Below are positions 29,722 through 38,635 of a DNA stretch of 64,000 nt, in pieces. Both the position numbers and the translations under genes were made by a program. The stretch's first letter is position 1. Every line of letters starts with the position of its first letter. The notes below the pieces were generated by a model that made no database searches, had not been told where the DNA came from, and saw nothing but the letters and a program-made list of their open reading frames with translations. The stretch is from an uncultured Solirubrobacterales bacterium (lineage in GTDB: Bacteria > Actinomycetota > Thermoleophilia > Solirubrobacterales > Solirubrobacteraceae), in assembly GCA_963773395.1 (NCBI GenBank), contig CAVZAY010000001.1, forward strand, positions 6,491-70,490, written 5' to 3'.

Positions 29722-29997
29722 CTAGCTGCCGCCGGCCATCGCCGGCAAGATCACGAGCACATCCTGTGCTCCGACCGCCGTGTCGAGCCCATCGAGCACG
29801 CGAACGTCTTCGTCGTTGAGATACACGTTGACATAGCGATTGAGCTGCCCGTCCGCGCTGAAGAGCTGCGACTCGGTGGCCGGGTGGGCGGCGACGAGGC
29901 TCGCGAGGACCGCGCGCACATCGTCGCCTTCGGCGGCCACCTCGCGCTCGCCGCCGACCGAGGTGCGCAGGACCGGGGGGATCTTGATCGTCGGCAT
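29722..29997 (-). CDS. cysO: MoaD/ThiS-family sulfur carrier protein CysO, ending AGG-S
   Basis: ORF 29722..29997, 91 aa: MPTIKIPPVLRTSVGGEREV...NRYVNVYLNDEDVR...VLVILPAMAGGS. Confidence 0.85.
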   Translation of the reverse strand: MPTIKIPPVLRTSVGGEREVAAEGDDVRAVLASLVAAHPATESQLFSADGQLNRYVNVYLNDEDVRVLDGLDTAVGAQDVLVILPAMAGGS

Positions 29998-30008
29998 CGC
30001 GGGAAAAC

Positions 30009-31192
30009 CTACCCAGCCGCGGCGCAGAAGGCGTCGTAGTCGGGGAACACGCCCATCTCTTCATCGCTGATCGAGTCGGGATCGCGCGAGCAGATCGGGC
30101 ATGCAGGGTCGCGGCGGATCTTGAGCTCGTCGAGGGTCCCCGCGAGCGCGTCGTAGAGCAGCAGGCGTCCGATCGCAGGCTCGCCGGCGCCGGTGATCAG
30201 CTTGATCACCTCGGTCGCCTGGAGCAGGCCCATCGACGCCCGGGAGCACGCCGAGCACGCCGTTCGCGCCGCAGGATGGCGCGAGGTCCGCCGGCGGCGG
30301 CTCCGGGAACAGGCAGCGGTAGCACGGGCCCTCGTAGGGCTTGAAGACCGACAGCTGCCCATCGAAGCCGAGGATCGACGCCGACACGACCGGGATCTGC
30401 AGGCGCACGCTGGCGTCATTGAGCAGGTAGCGCGTCGGGAAGTTGTCGACGCCGTCGACGACGATGTCGTAGCCGGCGATGATCTCCATGATGTTGGAGG
30501 CGTCGAGCCGAGTCTTGTAGGTGACGACGTTGATGTCGGGGTTGAGCGCGTGGATCGTCTCCTCGGCCGACTCGACCTTGGGCACGCCGATGCGCGCCGT
30601 GTTGTGGATGACCTGGCGCTGGAGGTTCGAGAGGTCGACGACGTCGTCGTCGACGATGCCGAGCGTGCCGACGCCGGCCGCCGCGAGGTAGAGCGCGATC
30701 GGCGAGCCGAGCCCGCCCGCGCCGAGCAGCAGCACCTTCGCGTCAAGCAGCTTCTGCTGGCCGGCCTCGCCAATCTCGGGGATCAGCAGGTGGCGCGAGT
30801 AGCGCTCGCGCTGCTCGGGGGTGAACGTGCGCGGGACGACCACCTCGTAACCGCGGTCCTTCCAAAGCGTGATCCCGCCCGTCATCGACGCGACGTGCTC
30901 GTAGCCGAGATCGTTGCTCAGGGTGTGCGCGGCGAGTGCCGAGCGGATGCCGGACGCGCAGTAGAGGACGACACGCTGCGAGCGATCGGGCACGACGCCC
31001 TCGATCCGCGACTCGAGGTAGCTGCGCGGGACGTGCTTTGCCCCGGGCAGGTGGCCCTGCGCCCACTCATCGCTCTCGCGCACGTCGACGATCGCAACGC
31101 CGTTGCCGACGAGCTCGCTGACGGCCGACGGATCGATCTCCTCGATCCCGGCCTTGATCTGGCGGATGAACTCAGCACCCGGAAGGGCTCAT
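30009..31192 (-). pseudogene. moeZ: rhodanese-ThiF/MoeB fusion (MoeZ-like sulfur-carrier adenylyltransferase/sulfurtransferase with reversed domain order), two frame breaks
   Basis: The ATG at 31192 has AGGAG 8 nt upstream. Repaired reading: MSP / PGAEFIRQIKAGIEEIDPSAVSELVGNGVAIVDVRESDEWAQGHLPGAKHVP...VVLYCASGIRSALAA (rhodanese CxxGxR), then ERYSRHLLIPEIGEAGQQKL...LLLGAGGLGSPIALYLAAAGVG...CYRCLFPEPP...GVLGVLPG / SMGLLQATEVIKLI...DPACPICSR. Breaks are near 31183 and 30237. Confidence 0.8.
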
Positions 31193-31226
31193 CTCTCAAA
31201 CTCCTGAAACCTTGTCTGGATTCAAT

Positions 31227-31243
31227 GCTATAAAAAGTATAGC
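31227..31243. promoter_or_regulatory. AT-rich perfect palindrome GCTATA-AAAAG-TATAGC in the divergent moeZ / rrf2 intergenic region
   Basis: Read directly. On the minus strand it contains TATACT about 40 nt upstream of the moeZ-like ATG. Candidate operator and/or -10 element. Confidence 0.35.
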
Positions 31244-31322
31244 GCGGCGAGGCGTGCATACGCGGCGTCACCAAGTTTACTCGCGAAGCTTAGTCGCCGA
31301 TGGACGCAGGCGACACTGATAC

Positions 31323-31339
31323 CCTACCGTCAAGGTAGG
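31323..31339. promoter_or_regulatory. inverted repeat CCTACC-GTCAA-GGTAGG immediately upstream of the Rrf2 start codon
   Basis: Read directly. The right arm overlaps the likely Shine-Dalgarno (AAGGTAGG) 10 nt before ATG 31350. Confidence 0.25.
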
Positions 31340-31349
31340 TTATTCGTCG

Positions 31350-31826
31350 ATGATGTTCTCAACCCGAGCCGAGTACGGCGTGCGCGTGATGGTCGATCTC
31401 GCGCGGCGCGACAGCGATGACCCGGTGCCGCTCGCCGAGATCGCCGAGCACGAGGGCCTGCCGCTGGCATATCTCGAGCACCTCGTTGCGCGGCTGCGCC
31501 GCGCGGGGCTAGTCGACAGCCGGCGTGGCGCGCACGGCGGCTACCTGCTCTCGCGTGCCCCCGAGCTGATCACGATGGCCGAGGTCGTCGAGGCGCTGGA
31601 GGGCGCGATCGCGCCGATCGAATGCATCTCGAGCGACTCCGACGGAACGATGCACTGCGTGCGCGAGCTCGATCCGCAGCGCGTCTGCACGACGAAACTG
31701 CTGTGGACGCGAGTTCGCGGCTCGATCGTCGACACGCTCGAGCGCACAACCCTCGCCGAGCTCGTCCCGCAGCCGCAGCTGATCGAGCTCGAGTCGATGA
31801 CACCGAACAAGCCGGTCGCCGCCTAG
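31350..31826 (+). CDS. Rrf2-family transcriptional regulator with three Cys (putative Fe-S sensing), first gene of the suf operon
   Basis: ORF 31350..31826: MMFSTRAEYGVRVMVDLARRDSDDPVPLAEIAEHEGLPLAYLEHLVARLRRAGLVDSRRGAHGGYLL...PIECISSDSDGTMHCVRELDPQRVCTT. Confidence 0.85.
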   Translation: MMFSTRAEYGVRVMVDLARRDSDDPVPLAEIAEHEGLPLAYLEHLVARLRRAGLVDSRRGAHGGYLLSRAPELITMAEVVEALEGAIAPIECISSDSDGTMHCVRELDPQRVCTTKLLWTRVRGSIVDTLERTTLAELVPQPQLIELESMTPNKPVAA

Positions 31827-31846
31827 GCGCGGCAGAGGAGGCCTTC

Positions 31847-32601
31847 TTGGCTGAGTTGGAGATCCGCAACCTGCACGTCCGCACCGAGGACCGAGAGATC
31901 CTGCGCGGCGTCGATCTGACCGTCCGCTCGGGCGAGCTGCATGCGCTGCTCGGGCCGAACGGGTCAGGCAAGTCGACCCTCGCCAACACGATCATGGGGC
32001 ACCCGAGCTACGAGGTGACCGACGGCCAGATCCTGCTCGACGGCGACGAGCTCAACGAGCTCGAGCCACACGAGCGCGCGCGGCGCGGCCTGTTCCTCGC
32101 GTTCCAGTACCCGTCGCGGTGCCGGGCGTGTCGGTCGCGAACTTCCTGCGAATGGCGATCAATGCACAGCGCGAGGAGCCGATCAAGGTGCCCGAGTTCC
32201 GCCGCGCCCTCGAGCAAGCCGTGCAGCTGCTCGACGTCGACCGGAAGTTCACGAGCCGTCACCTCAACGACGGCTTCTCCGGCGGCGAGAAGAAGCGTGC
32301 CGAGATCCTCCAGATGGCGATGCTGCGCCCGCAGCTCGCGGTGCTCGACGAAACCGACTCCGGCCTCGATGTGGATGCTCTGCGCACCGTCGCCGAGGGG
32401 GTCGCGAAGGTTCACCGCGAGCAGGGCATCGGCGCGCTGATCATCACCCACTACCAACGGATCCTCGACTACATCAGGCCGGAGTTCGTCCACGTGATGC
32501 TCGACGGCCGCGTCGTGCTCGACGGTGGACCCGAGATCGTCGAGCGGATCGAGCGCGACGGGTACGACCCGATCCGCGAAGAGGTTGCCGCGCGTGCCTA
32601 G
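31847..32601 (+). pseudogene. sufC: Fe-S cluster assembly ATPase SufC, one frame break
   Basis: The TTG at 31847 follows GAGGAGG. Repaired reading: LAELEIRNLHVRTEDREILRGVDLTVRSGELHALLGPNGSGKSTLANTIMGHPSYEV...LAFQYP / VAVPGVSVANFLR...LNDGFSGGEKKRAEILQMAML...AVLDETDSGLD. A G is missing at about 32113. Confidence 0.88.
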
Positions 32602-33949
32602 CGAGACGCCCGCGCCGCGCAAGGCCGGCGCGCGCCGCGAGGCCACGCTCAACCACCCACTCGATGGGCGCGGCACGGCGCGGATAGCGCTGGCGGAGTC
32701 TCGCGCGCTCGCGCGCCGCGGCCTACGAGCGGCTGGCGCTGCCGAGCTGGCGGCGTTCCGGGTTCTGGGCGACGAGCCTCGAGTCGCTCGACCTGGAGGG
32801 ACTCGAGGCACGCGAGCACGCGCCCGACTCCTCACGACCGGCGATCCTCGCCGGCGCGCCCGCAGCCGGGGTGCTCGTGCAGCGCGACTCCTCGGTCGTT
32901 CACGTCGAGCTCAACCCCGAGCTGGCCGAGCGCGGAGTGATCCTGTGCAGCCTGGAAGAGGCGGCGCAGAATCACGCGGCGCTCTTCGAGCGCTACTACC
33001 TGCGCCGCCTGCCGGTGGACCGCCACAAGCTCGAGGCCGCGAGCGCGGCGTTCTGGAGCGGAGGCGCCTTCCTCTACGTGCCAGCGGAGCTGCAGATCGA
33101 TGACCCGTTCCAGATCGTCTACGAGATCAGCGACGGCCGGACTGCGCAATACGCTCACACGCTCGCGATCGGCGACACCAGCAGCGCGATGCGCCTGCGC
33201 GAGTACGGCCTCGCCAGGCAGGCAGAGGGCCAATCGCTGCACGCGGGCCAGTTCGAGCTCTATCTCGAGGACAATGCGCGCTGCCGGCTGACGCAGCTAC
33301 GGCGACTGGGGCGTCGGGCGAGGTCCACGACGTCTCGACCTCTGTCGTCGAGGTGGCGCGCGACGCCTACTGTCACTGGCTGCCGGCGCTGCTCGGCGGC
33401 GCGTTGATCCATCACCACGACGAGATCGCGATCGCCGGGCCGGGCGGCGACATGGCCTTCCGCGGGGTCCTCTTCAGCGAGCGCGAAGAGCATTTCGACG
33501 TGTTCGCCGTGGACCTGCACGAGACCGGGCCATCCGGTGGCGACGTCCACTGGCGGGGCGCCGCAACCGGCTCGAGCCGCGCCAGCTTCGAAGGGCTGAT
33601 CAAGATCAATCAAGGCGCGCAGCAGAGCCACACCTACCTGCAATTTCACTCGATGCTGCTCTCGCGCGACGCCGAGCTCGATGCGATCCCGTCCGTGCTC
33701 GTTGGCGCGGACGATGTCTCCGCTTCGCACGGCGGAACGGTGGGCGAGCTCGACGAGCTGTTGATCTTCTACATGCAGTCGCGCGGGCTGACGCGACCGC
33801 AGGCGGTGCGCGTGATCGTCGAGGGCTTCTTCGAGCCGCTGATCGTGCAGCTCGACGATCCTCACCTCGAAGGCCTCATCCGCGACCGCATCGGCAGCAA
33901 GCTGTACGCGGCAGCGGCGGACATCGAGCGCTACGCGCTCGCGAGGTGA
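32594..33949 (+). pseudogene. sufD: Fe-S cluster assembly protein SufD, three frame breaks
   Basis: GTG 32594 overlaps the sufC end. Repaired reading: ...ALAESRALAR / AAAYERLALPSWRRSGFWATSLESL...AFWSGGAFLYVPAE...CRLTQ / YGDWGVG / EVHDVSTSVVEVARDAYCHWLPALLGG...SFEGLIKINQGAQQSHTYLQFHSMLLS...ASHGGTVGELDELLIFYMQSRGL. Breaks are near 32714, 33297 and 33319. Confidence 0.82.
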
Positions 33950-35184
33950 CGATGGCGAGCACGATGACCGAGCTCGACGTGCGCGCCGACTTCCCGATCC
34001 TCGCGAGGAGGATCGACGGGAAGCGCCTCGTCTACCTCGACTCGTCGAACACCTCGCAGAAGCCAGAGCGGGTGATCGCGGCGATCGACGACTACTACCG
34101 AAACCGCAACGCGAACATCCACCGCGGCGTGTACCCCCTCGCGGTCGAAGCCGACGCGATGTTCGAAGCGGCGCGCGCGCGGGTTGCCGCTTTCACCGGC
34201 GGCGAGGCAAGGGCGACGATCTTCACGGCGAACGCCACCGCGGCGATCAACCTGGTCGCCTACTCGTGGGCGCGCACGACCCTGACGGCGCACGACGCGG
34301 TGCTCGTCACCGAGATGGAGCACCACGCGAACATCGTCCCCTGGCAGCTCGCGACCGCCGCGACCGGCGCGCAGCTGCGCTGGCTCGACATCGACGAGCA
34401 GGGCATGCTCTCGCTCGACCAGCTCGACGCCGAGCTCGCCGCCGGCGACGTCAAGCTCGTCGCGGTCGCCCACGTCTCGAACGTTCTCGGCACGATCAAC
34501 CCGGTCGGCGAGATCGTGCGCCGCGCGCACGAGGCGGGCGCGAGGGTGCTGATCGACGGTGCACAGGCGGTGCCGCAGATGCCGGTCGACGTGGGGACGA
34601 TCGGCGCCGACTTCTACGCCTGGACCGGACACAAGGCGCTCGGCCCCACCGGCATCGGGGTGCTGCAGGCCGACGCCGCGGTGCTCGAGCAGATGCCGCC
34701 GTTCCTGGCCGGCGGGGACATGATCGAGCGCGTCACCCGCGAGCGCTCGACGTGGAACGAGCTGCCCTGGAAGTTCGAAGCGGGAACCTCGATGATCGCC
34801 GAGGCCGTCGGGCTTGGCGCCGCCGTCGACTATCTGGCGGCGCTCGGCATGGCGCACGCACGCGAGCACGAACGGATGCTGACGGCGTATGCCCTCGAAC
34901 AGCTCAGCGCGCTCGACGGCATTCAGATCCACGGGCCGCTGAGCGCCGACGCCCGCGGCGGTCTCATCTCCTTCAGCGTCGAGGGGATCCATCCACACGA
35001 CCTCGCCGAGCTGCTCGGGCGCGAAGGCGTCTGCGTGCGTGCGAGCCACCACTGCGCGCAGCCGCTGATGGCAAAGCTCGGCGTTCCCGCGACCACCCGC
35101 GCGAGCTTCGCGGCGTACAACGTGCCGGAGGACGTGGACGCCCTCGTCGCGGCCGTCCGCTCGGCGCAGCGCATCTTCGCCTGA
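33946..35184 (+). CDS. sufS: cysteine desulfurase SufS
   Basis: ORF 33946..35184, 412 aa, uninterrupted: ...VYLDSSNTSQKPERVI...NIHRGVYPLA...AWTGHKALGPTGIGVL...RASHHCAQPL. GTG overlaps the sufD stop. Confidence 0.92.
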   Translation: MTMASTMTELDVRADFPILARRIDGKRLVYLDSSNTSQKPERVIAAIDDYYRNRNANIHRGVYPLAVEADAMFEAARARVAAFTGGEARATIFTANATAAINLVAYSWARTTLTAHDAVLVTEMEHHANIVPWQLATAATGAQLRWLDIDEQGMLSLDQLDAELAAGDVKLVAVAHVSNVLGTINPVGEIVRRAHEAGARVLIDGAQAVPQMPVDVGTIGADFYAWTGHKALGPTGIGVLQADAAVLEQMPPFLAGGDMIERVTRERSTWNELPWKFEAGTSMIAEAVGLGAAVDYLAALGMAHAREHERMLTAYALEQLSALDGIQIHGPLSADARGGLISFSVEGIHPHDLAELLGREGVCVRASHHCAQPLMAKLGVPATTRASFAAYNVPEDVDALVAAVRSAQRIFA

Positions 35185-35576
35185 TGGACGACCTCTACCG
35201 CGATTTCATCCTCGAGCACTACAAGCGTCCGCGGAACTTCGGCGAGCTCGAACCGCACGACCTCGAGGCCCATGAGTACAACCCGCTGTGCGGCGATGAG
35301 ATCGGCGTGCAGATCAAGGTCGCGGATGGCAAGATCGCCGACCTGCGCTTCAACGGCCACGGCTGCGCGATCTCGCAAGCGGCGGCGTCGATCGCCTCCG
35401 AGGAGCTCATCGGGATGGACGTCGAGGAGGCCGCGAAGCTCGACGCCGACTGGATGCTCGCGCTGCTCGGGATCGACATCTCGGCAACGCGGCGGAAGTG
35501 CGCGCTGCTCCTCCTCAAGGCCCTGCGCCACGCGATCACCGGCGATGGCAGCTGGCCGGTGGGCGCAACCGACTAG
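35184..35576 (+). CDS. sufU: SufU/NifU-type Fe-S scaffold or sulfur acceptor
   Basis: ATG 35184 overlaps the sufS TGA. MDDLYRDFILEHYKRPRNFGELEPHDLEAHEYNPLCGDEIGV...GHGCAISQAAAS...RRKCALLLL. Confidence 0.88.
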   Translation: MDDLYRDFILEHYKRPRNFGELEPHDLEAHEYNPLCGDEIGVQIKVADGKIADLRFNGHGCAISQAAASIASEELIGMDVEEAAKLDADWMLALLGIDISATRRKCALLLLKALRHAITGDGSWPVGATD

Positions 35577-35640
35577 AAAAGGCCGCGGCCGGCAGCAAGC
35601 CGGTCCCGGCGAGGAATCCGACCGCTAAGATAGGTGTTAG

Positions 35641-37027
35641 ATGGCGACGATCAACAAGCCAAGTCCGATCATCGAGACCGAGAAGGGTGAGCTCGTCGCG
35701 CGCAAGGGCGTTTCGCTCGAGGTGATCCGCGAGCTGTCACGGATCAAGGGCGAGCCGGACTGGATGCGCGAGAAGCGCGAGCACAGCTTCGGGATCTTCC
35801 AGCGCAAGCCGATGCCGACCTGGGGTCCCGACCTGTCGGGTCTCAACTTCGACGACCTCGTGCTCTACTCCCCGCCAACGACGGGGCGCTTCAACTCGCT
35901 GGGACGACGTGCCCGCGGAGATGAAGCAGACCTACGAGGACCTCGGCATCCCGCAGGCCGAGCGCGAGCACCTCGCGGGCGTCATCGGCGTCTGGCGCCA
36001 GGAGCCGGTCTACGAGGGGCTCAAGGAGGAGTATGCGAAGCTCGGGATCCTCTTCTGCTCGATGGACACCGCGGTCAACGACTACCCGGAGCTCGTCCAG
36101 AAGTACTTCATGAAGAAGTGCGTGCCGCCGTCGGACAACAAGTTCGCGGCGCTACACGGTGCCGTCTGGTCGGGTGGCGCGTTCGTCTACGTCCCCCCGG
36201 GCGTCCGCTGCGACCTCCCGCTCCAGTCCTACTTCCGCATGGAGGGCGCCGGTGAGGGCACCTTCGAGCACACGCTGATCATCGCCGACGAGGGCTCCGA
36301 CGTGAACTACATCGAGGGCTGCACCGCGCAGACCTACAGCGTCAACTCGATGCACTCCGCGGTCGTCGAGATCTTCGTCCACGAGGGCGCCAAGGCGCGC
36401 TACACGACCGTCCAGAACTGGTCGAAGGACGTCTACAACCTGAACACCAAGCGCGCGCGCGTCGACGCCGGCGGCACCGTCGAGTGGGTCGGCGGGTCGA
36501 TGGGCGCGAAGGTCGTGATGCTCTACCCGGGCTCCTACCTGATGGGCGAGGGCGCTCGCGCCGACCACCTCAACGTCGGCGTAGCTGGCGCCGGCGTACA
36601 CAAGGACACCGGCGCCAAGGTCGTCCACCGCGCACCGAACACCACCTCGAACATCCTCGCGAAGTCGATCTCCAAGGACGGCGGGATCATGGGCTACCGC
36701 GGGCTCGTCCACATGGGCCCCAACTCGCAAGGCTCGAAGGCGCGCGTCCAGTGCGACGGGTTGATGATGGACGGCATCTCGCGCTCGGACACCTGGCCCG
36801 ACATCCAGATCGAGAACCCGCACGTCACGGTCGCGCACGAGGCGACGGTCGGGCGGATCTCCGACGACCAGCTCTTCTACATGGGCACGCGCGGCTTCAG
36901 CGAGGACGAGGCCGCCGCGATGATCGTCAACGGCTTCATCGAGCCGGTCACCAAGGAGCTCCCGATGGAGTACGCGGTCGAGCTCAACCGGTTGATCCAG
37001 CTCGAGATGATCGGCAGCATCGGCTAG
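35641..37027 (+). pseudogene. sufB: Fe-S cluster assembly protein SufB, one frame break
   Basis: MATINKPSPIIETEKGELVARKGVSLEVIRELSRIKGEPDWMREKR...LYSPPTTGRFNS is in ORF 35641..36255. WDDVPAEMKQTYEDLGIP...FEHTLIIADEGSDVNYIEGCTAQ...HEATVGRISDDQLFYMGTRG is in ORF 35909..37027. There is an extra base at about 35899. Confidence 0.9.
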
Positions 37028-37299
37028 CTGCAGGACGTGAGCGCGTCGGTTCGCTCGCTGAGGGCCAGCGCGCCACCGGCGTGTCGGTCCGACTCATCGC
37101 GGACGCGCCTGTAGCGCTCGTAGATCACGCGCGCGCCGAACGTCCTCGTCTCGACCAGGTCGAGCGCAACGGCTTCGCTGACCGGCGGCAGGAAGGGCGT
37201 GCCGCCGCCGACCGGATTGCGAAACATACGCAGCTCGTCGACGAGGCCGAGCTCGATCGCTGCCGCAGCCAGGCCGGCGCCGCCGATCCCGACGTGGCC
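37024..37299 (-). pseudogene. dihydrofolate-reductase-family (RibD C-terminal domain) protein, C-terminal ~91-aa remnant
   Basis: The frame of ORF 37024..37227 extended upstream reads HVGIGGAGLAAAAIELGLVDELRMFRNPVGGGTPFLPPVSEAVALDLVETRTFGARVIYERYRR. An in-frame TGA lies at 37302..37300. Only 86 nt remain before the next gene, so the N-terminal half is absent. Confidence 0.55.
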
Positions 37300-37386
37300 T
37301 CAAGCTCATCACACCGAAGCGACCGGTGCGTACGCGCGACGGACCTGCTCGCCGGCGGGGAGGCGCGTGGCCGGGGCCGTCGTTGG

Positions 37387-37803
37387 CTACGGGCCCGCGA
37401 TCTCGAGCCGTGAGCCGGAGTCTGCTGGGACGAGCAGGACGGTGATCAGCTGGCCGTGGAGTGTGCCGGTGATCGCGCAGGTGAGCTTCGCGTGCGGTGC
37501 TCGGCAGACGGGGCGGGCGCGCTGCCATTGCGCGTGCAGGGAGGCCAGCGTCGCCGGCAGAGCGTTTGCCGTGAGGGTGGAGGACTCGGCACTGAGATAG
37601 CAGGGATAGAAGCTACAGCCGGCGTAGGTGCGGCGGAAGCCCTGCGGCAACGAGACGTGCGCGATGGCTGCGCGTGCGAGCGCGAGCTCGCGACGCTGCT
37701 TGACGGCGTTGATCGCGGCGATCGTGCGTGGGATCGCTTCGAAGCCGGCCGCGAAGATGAGGGTGGCGAGGAGCGCGAGCTGGAAGCGACGTCTGACCCG
37801 CAT
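37387..37803 (-). CDS. hypothetical secreted/anchored protein
   Basis: ORF 37387..37803, 138 aa. N-terminal MRVRRRFQLALLATLIFAAGF anchor or signal, four Cys. No family recognised. Confidence 0.55.
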   Translation of the reverse strand: MRVRRRFQLALLATLIFAAGFEAIPRTIAAINAVKQRRELALARAAIAHVSLPQGFRRTYAGCSFYPCYLSAESSTLTANALPATLASLHAQWQRARPVCRAPHAKLTCAITGTLHGQLITVLLVPADSGSRLEIAGP

Positions 37804-37845
37804 GCCGATGATGTATCGGCCGAGCGGGGCGCTCGCGTGAGAGGC

Positions 37846-38352
37846 TCAGGCCGAGATCGACGACGGCACGGCTTCGCCCTTGGCGTTGCGAAGTGCGTCG
37901 TTGAGCTCGCCCGCGGTTTGCGTTAGCTCGCTGAGCGCGTCCTCGATGCGAGCTGATGAGACAAAGCGCGCGAACATCCAAAGCGGTATCGAGCGGTAGG
38001 CGTCGTAGCGAAGCACGATCGTCGGCTGACTGCCGATCGCGGTCGGCCGAACCTCGGGCACGAACGTCTCAGCATGGCGCGTCAGGACATGGAGCGTGCG
38101 CAGGGGCCCGGTCACCGTGACCTGCTCGGGATCGATGCGGAGTGCCACGTTGGGCATGCGGGCGCAGGCGCGTCCGCTCAGGTAAGCGCCGGCGAGCGCA
38201 AGGGCGAGCACGACGAGGGAATAGCCGTTACCGTCGACCGTCGCGATCATGGCTGCGATGGCGAGGGCCGCCAGGGCGAGGAGAATCAACGCTGTCACGA
38301 GCCCCCACAGCCAGCGCTTGCGGGCGGAGATCGCCCAGTCGCCGTAGCTCAC
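37846..38352 (-). CDS. membrane protein with two TM helices and a PH-like (bPH) C-terminal domain
   Basis: ORF 37846..38352, 168 aa: WLWGLVTALILLALAALAIAAMI / YSLVVLALALAGAYL, then LRIDPEQVTVTGPLRTLHV... Start overlaps the upstream stop (ATGA). Confidence 0.65.
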   Translation of the reverse strand: MSYGDWAISARKRWLWGLVTALILLALAALAIAAMIATVDGNGYSLVVLALALAGAYLSGRACARMPNVALRIDPEQVTVTGPLRTLHVLTRHAETFVPEVRPTAIGSQPTIVLRYDAYRSIPLWMFARFVSSARIEDALSELTQTAGELNDALRNAKGEAVPSSISA

Positions 38353-38606
38353 GGTATCCGGACGTCGTGCGTTGCGCCGGCGGCCTTGCGCTCCTCGGGC
38401 GTCAGCGAGTCGGGATCCACGAGGCGCGCCATCGCCCAGTGGTGACCGACAGGACAGCGCTGGTAGCGACGACTACCGAGCCGCACGGCCTTCAGCGACC
38501 CACCCCAGATCCACATCGTCGTGTAGAGGTGACCGCTGCTGCACCGTACGATCCGGTCGGAGCGGCACGCGAGCCGGCGAAACCGCGCGAACATGCCGAC
38601 GTTCAT
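38349..38606 (-). CDS. small conserved actinobacterial Cys/His-rich protein
   Basis: ORF 38349..38606, 85 aa: FARFRRLACRSDRIVRCSSGHLYTTMWIWGGSLKAVRLGSRRYQRCPVGHHW...HDVRIP. I recognise this from similar mycobacterial hypothetical proteins (from memory). Confidence 0.65.
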   Translation of the reverse strand: MNVGMFARFRRLACRSDRIVRCSSGHLYTTMWIWGGSLKAVRLGSRRYQRCPVGHHWAMARLVDPDSLTPEERKAAGATHDVRIP

Positions 38607-38635
38607 ACCACCAAGTCCCGTCCTGCGCGACCTGG

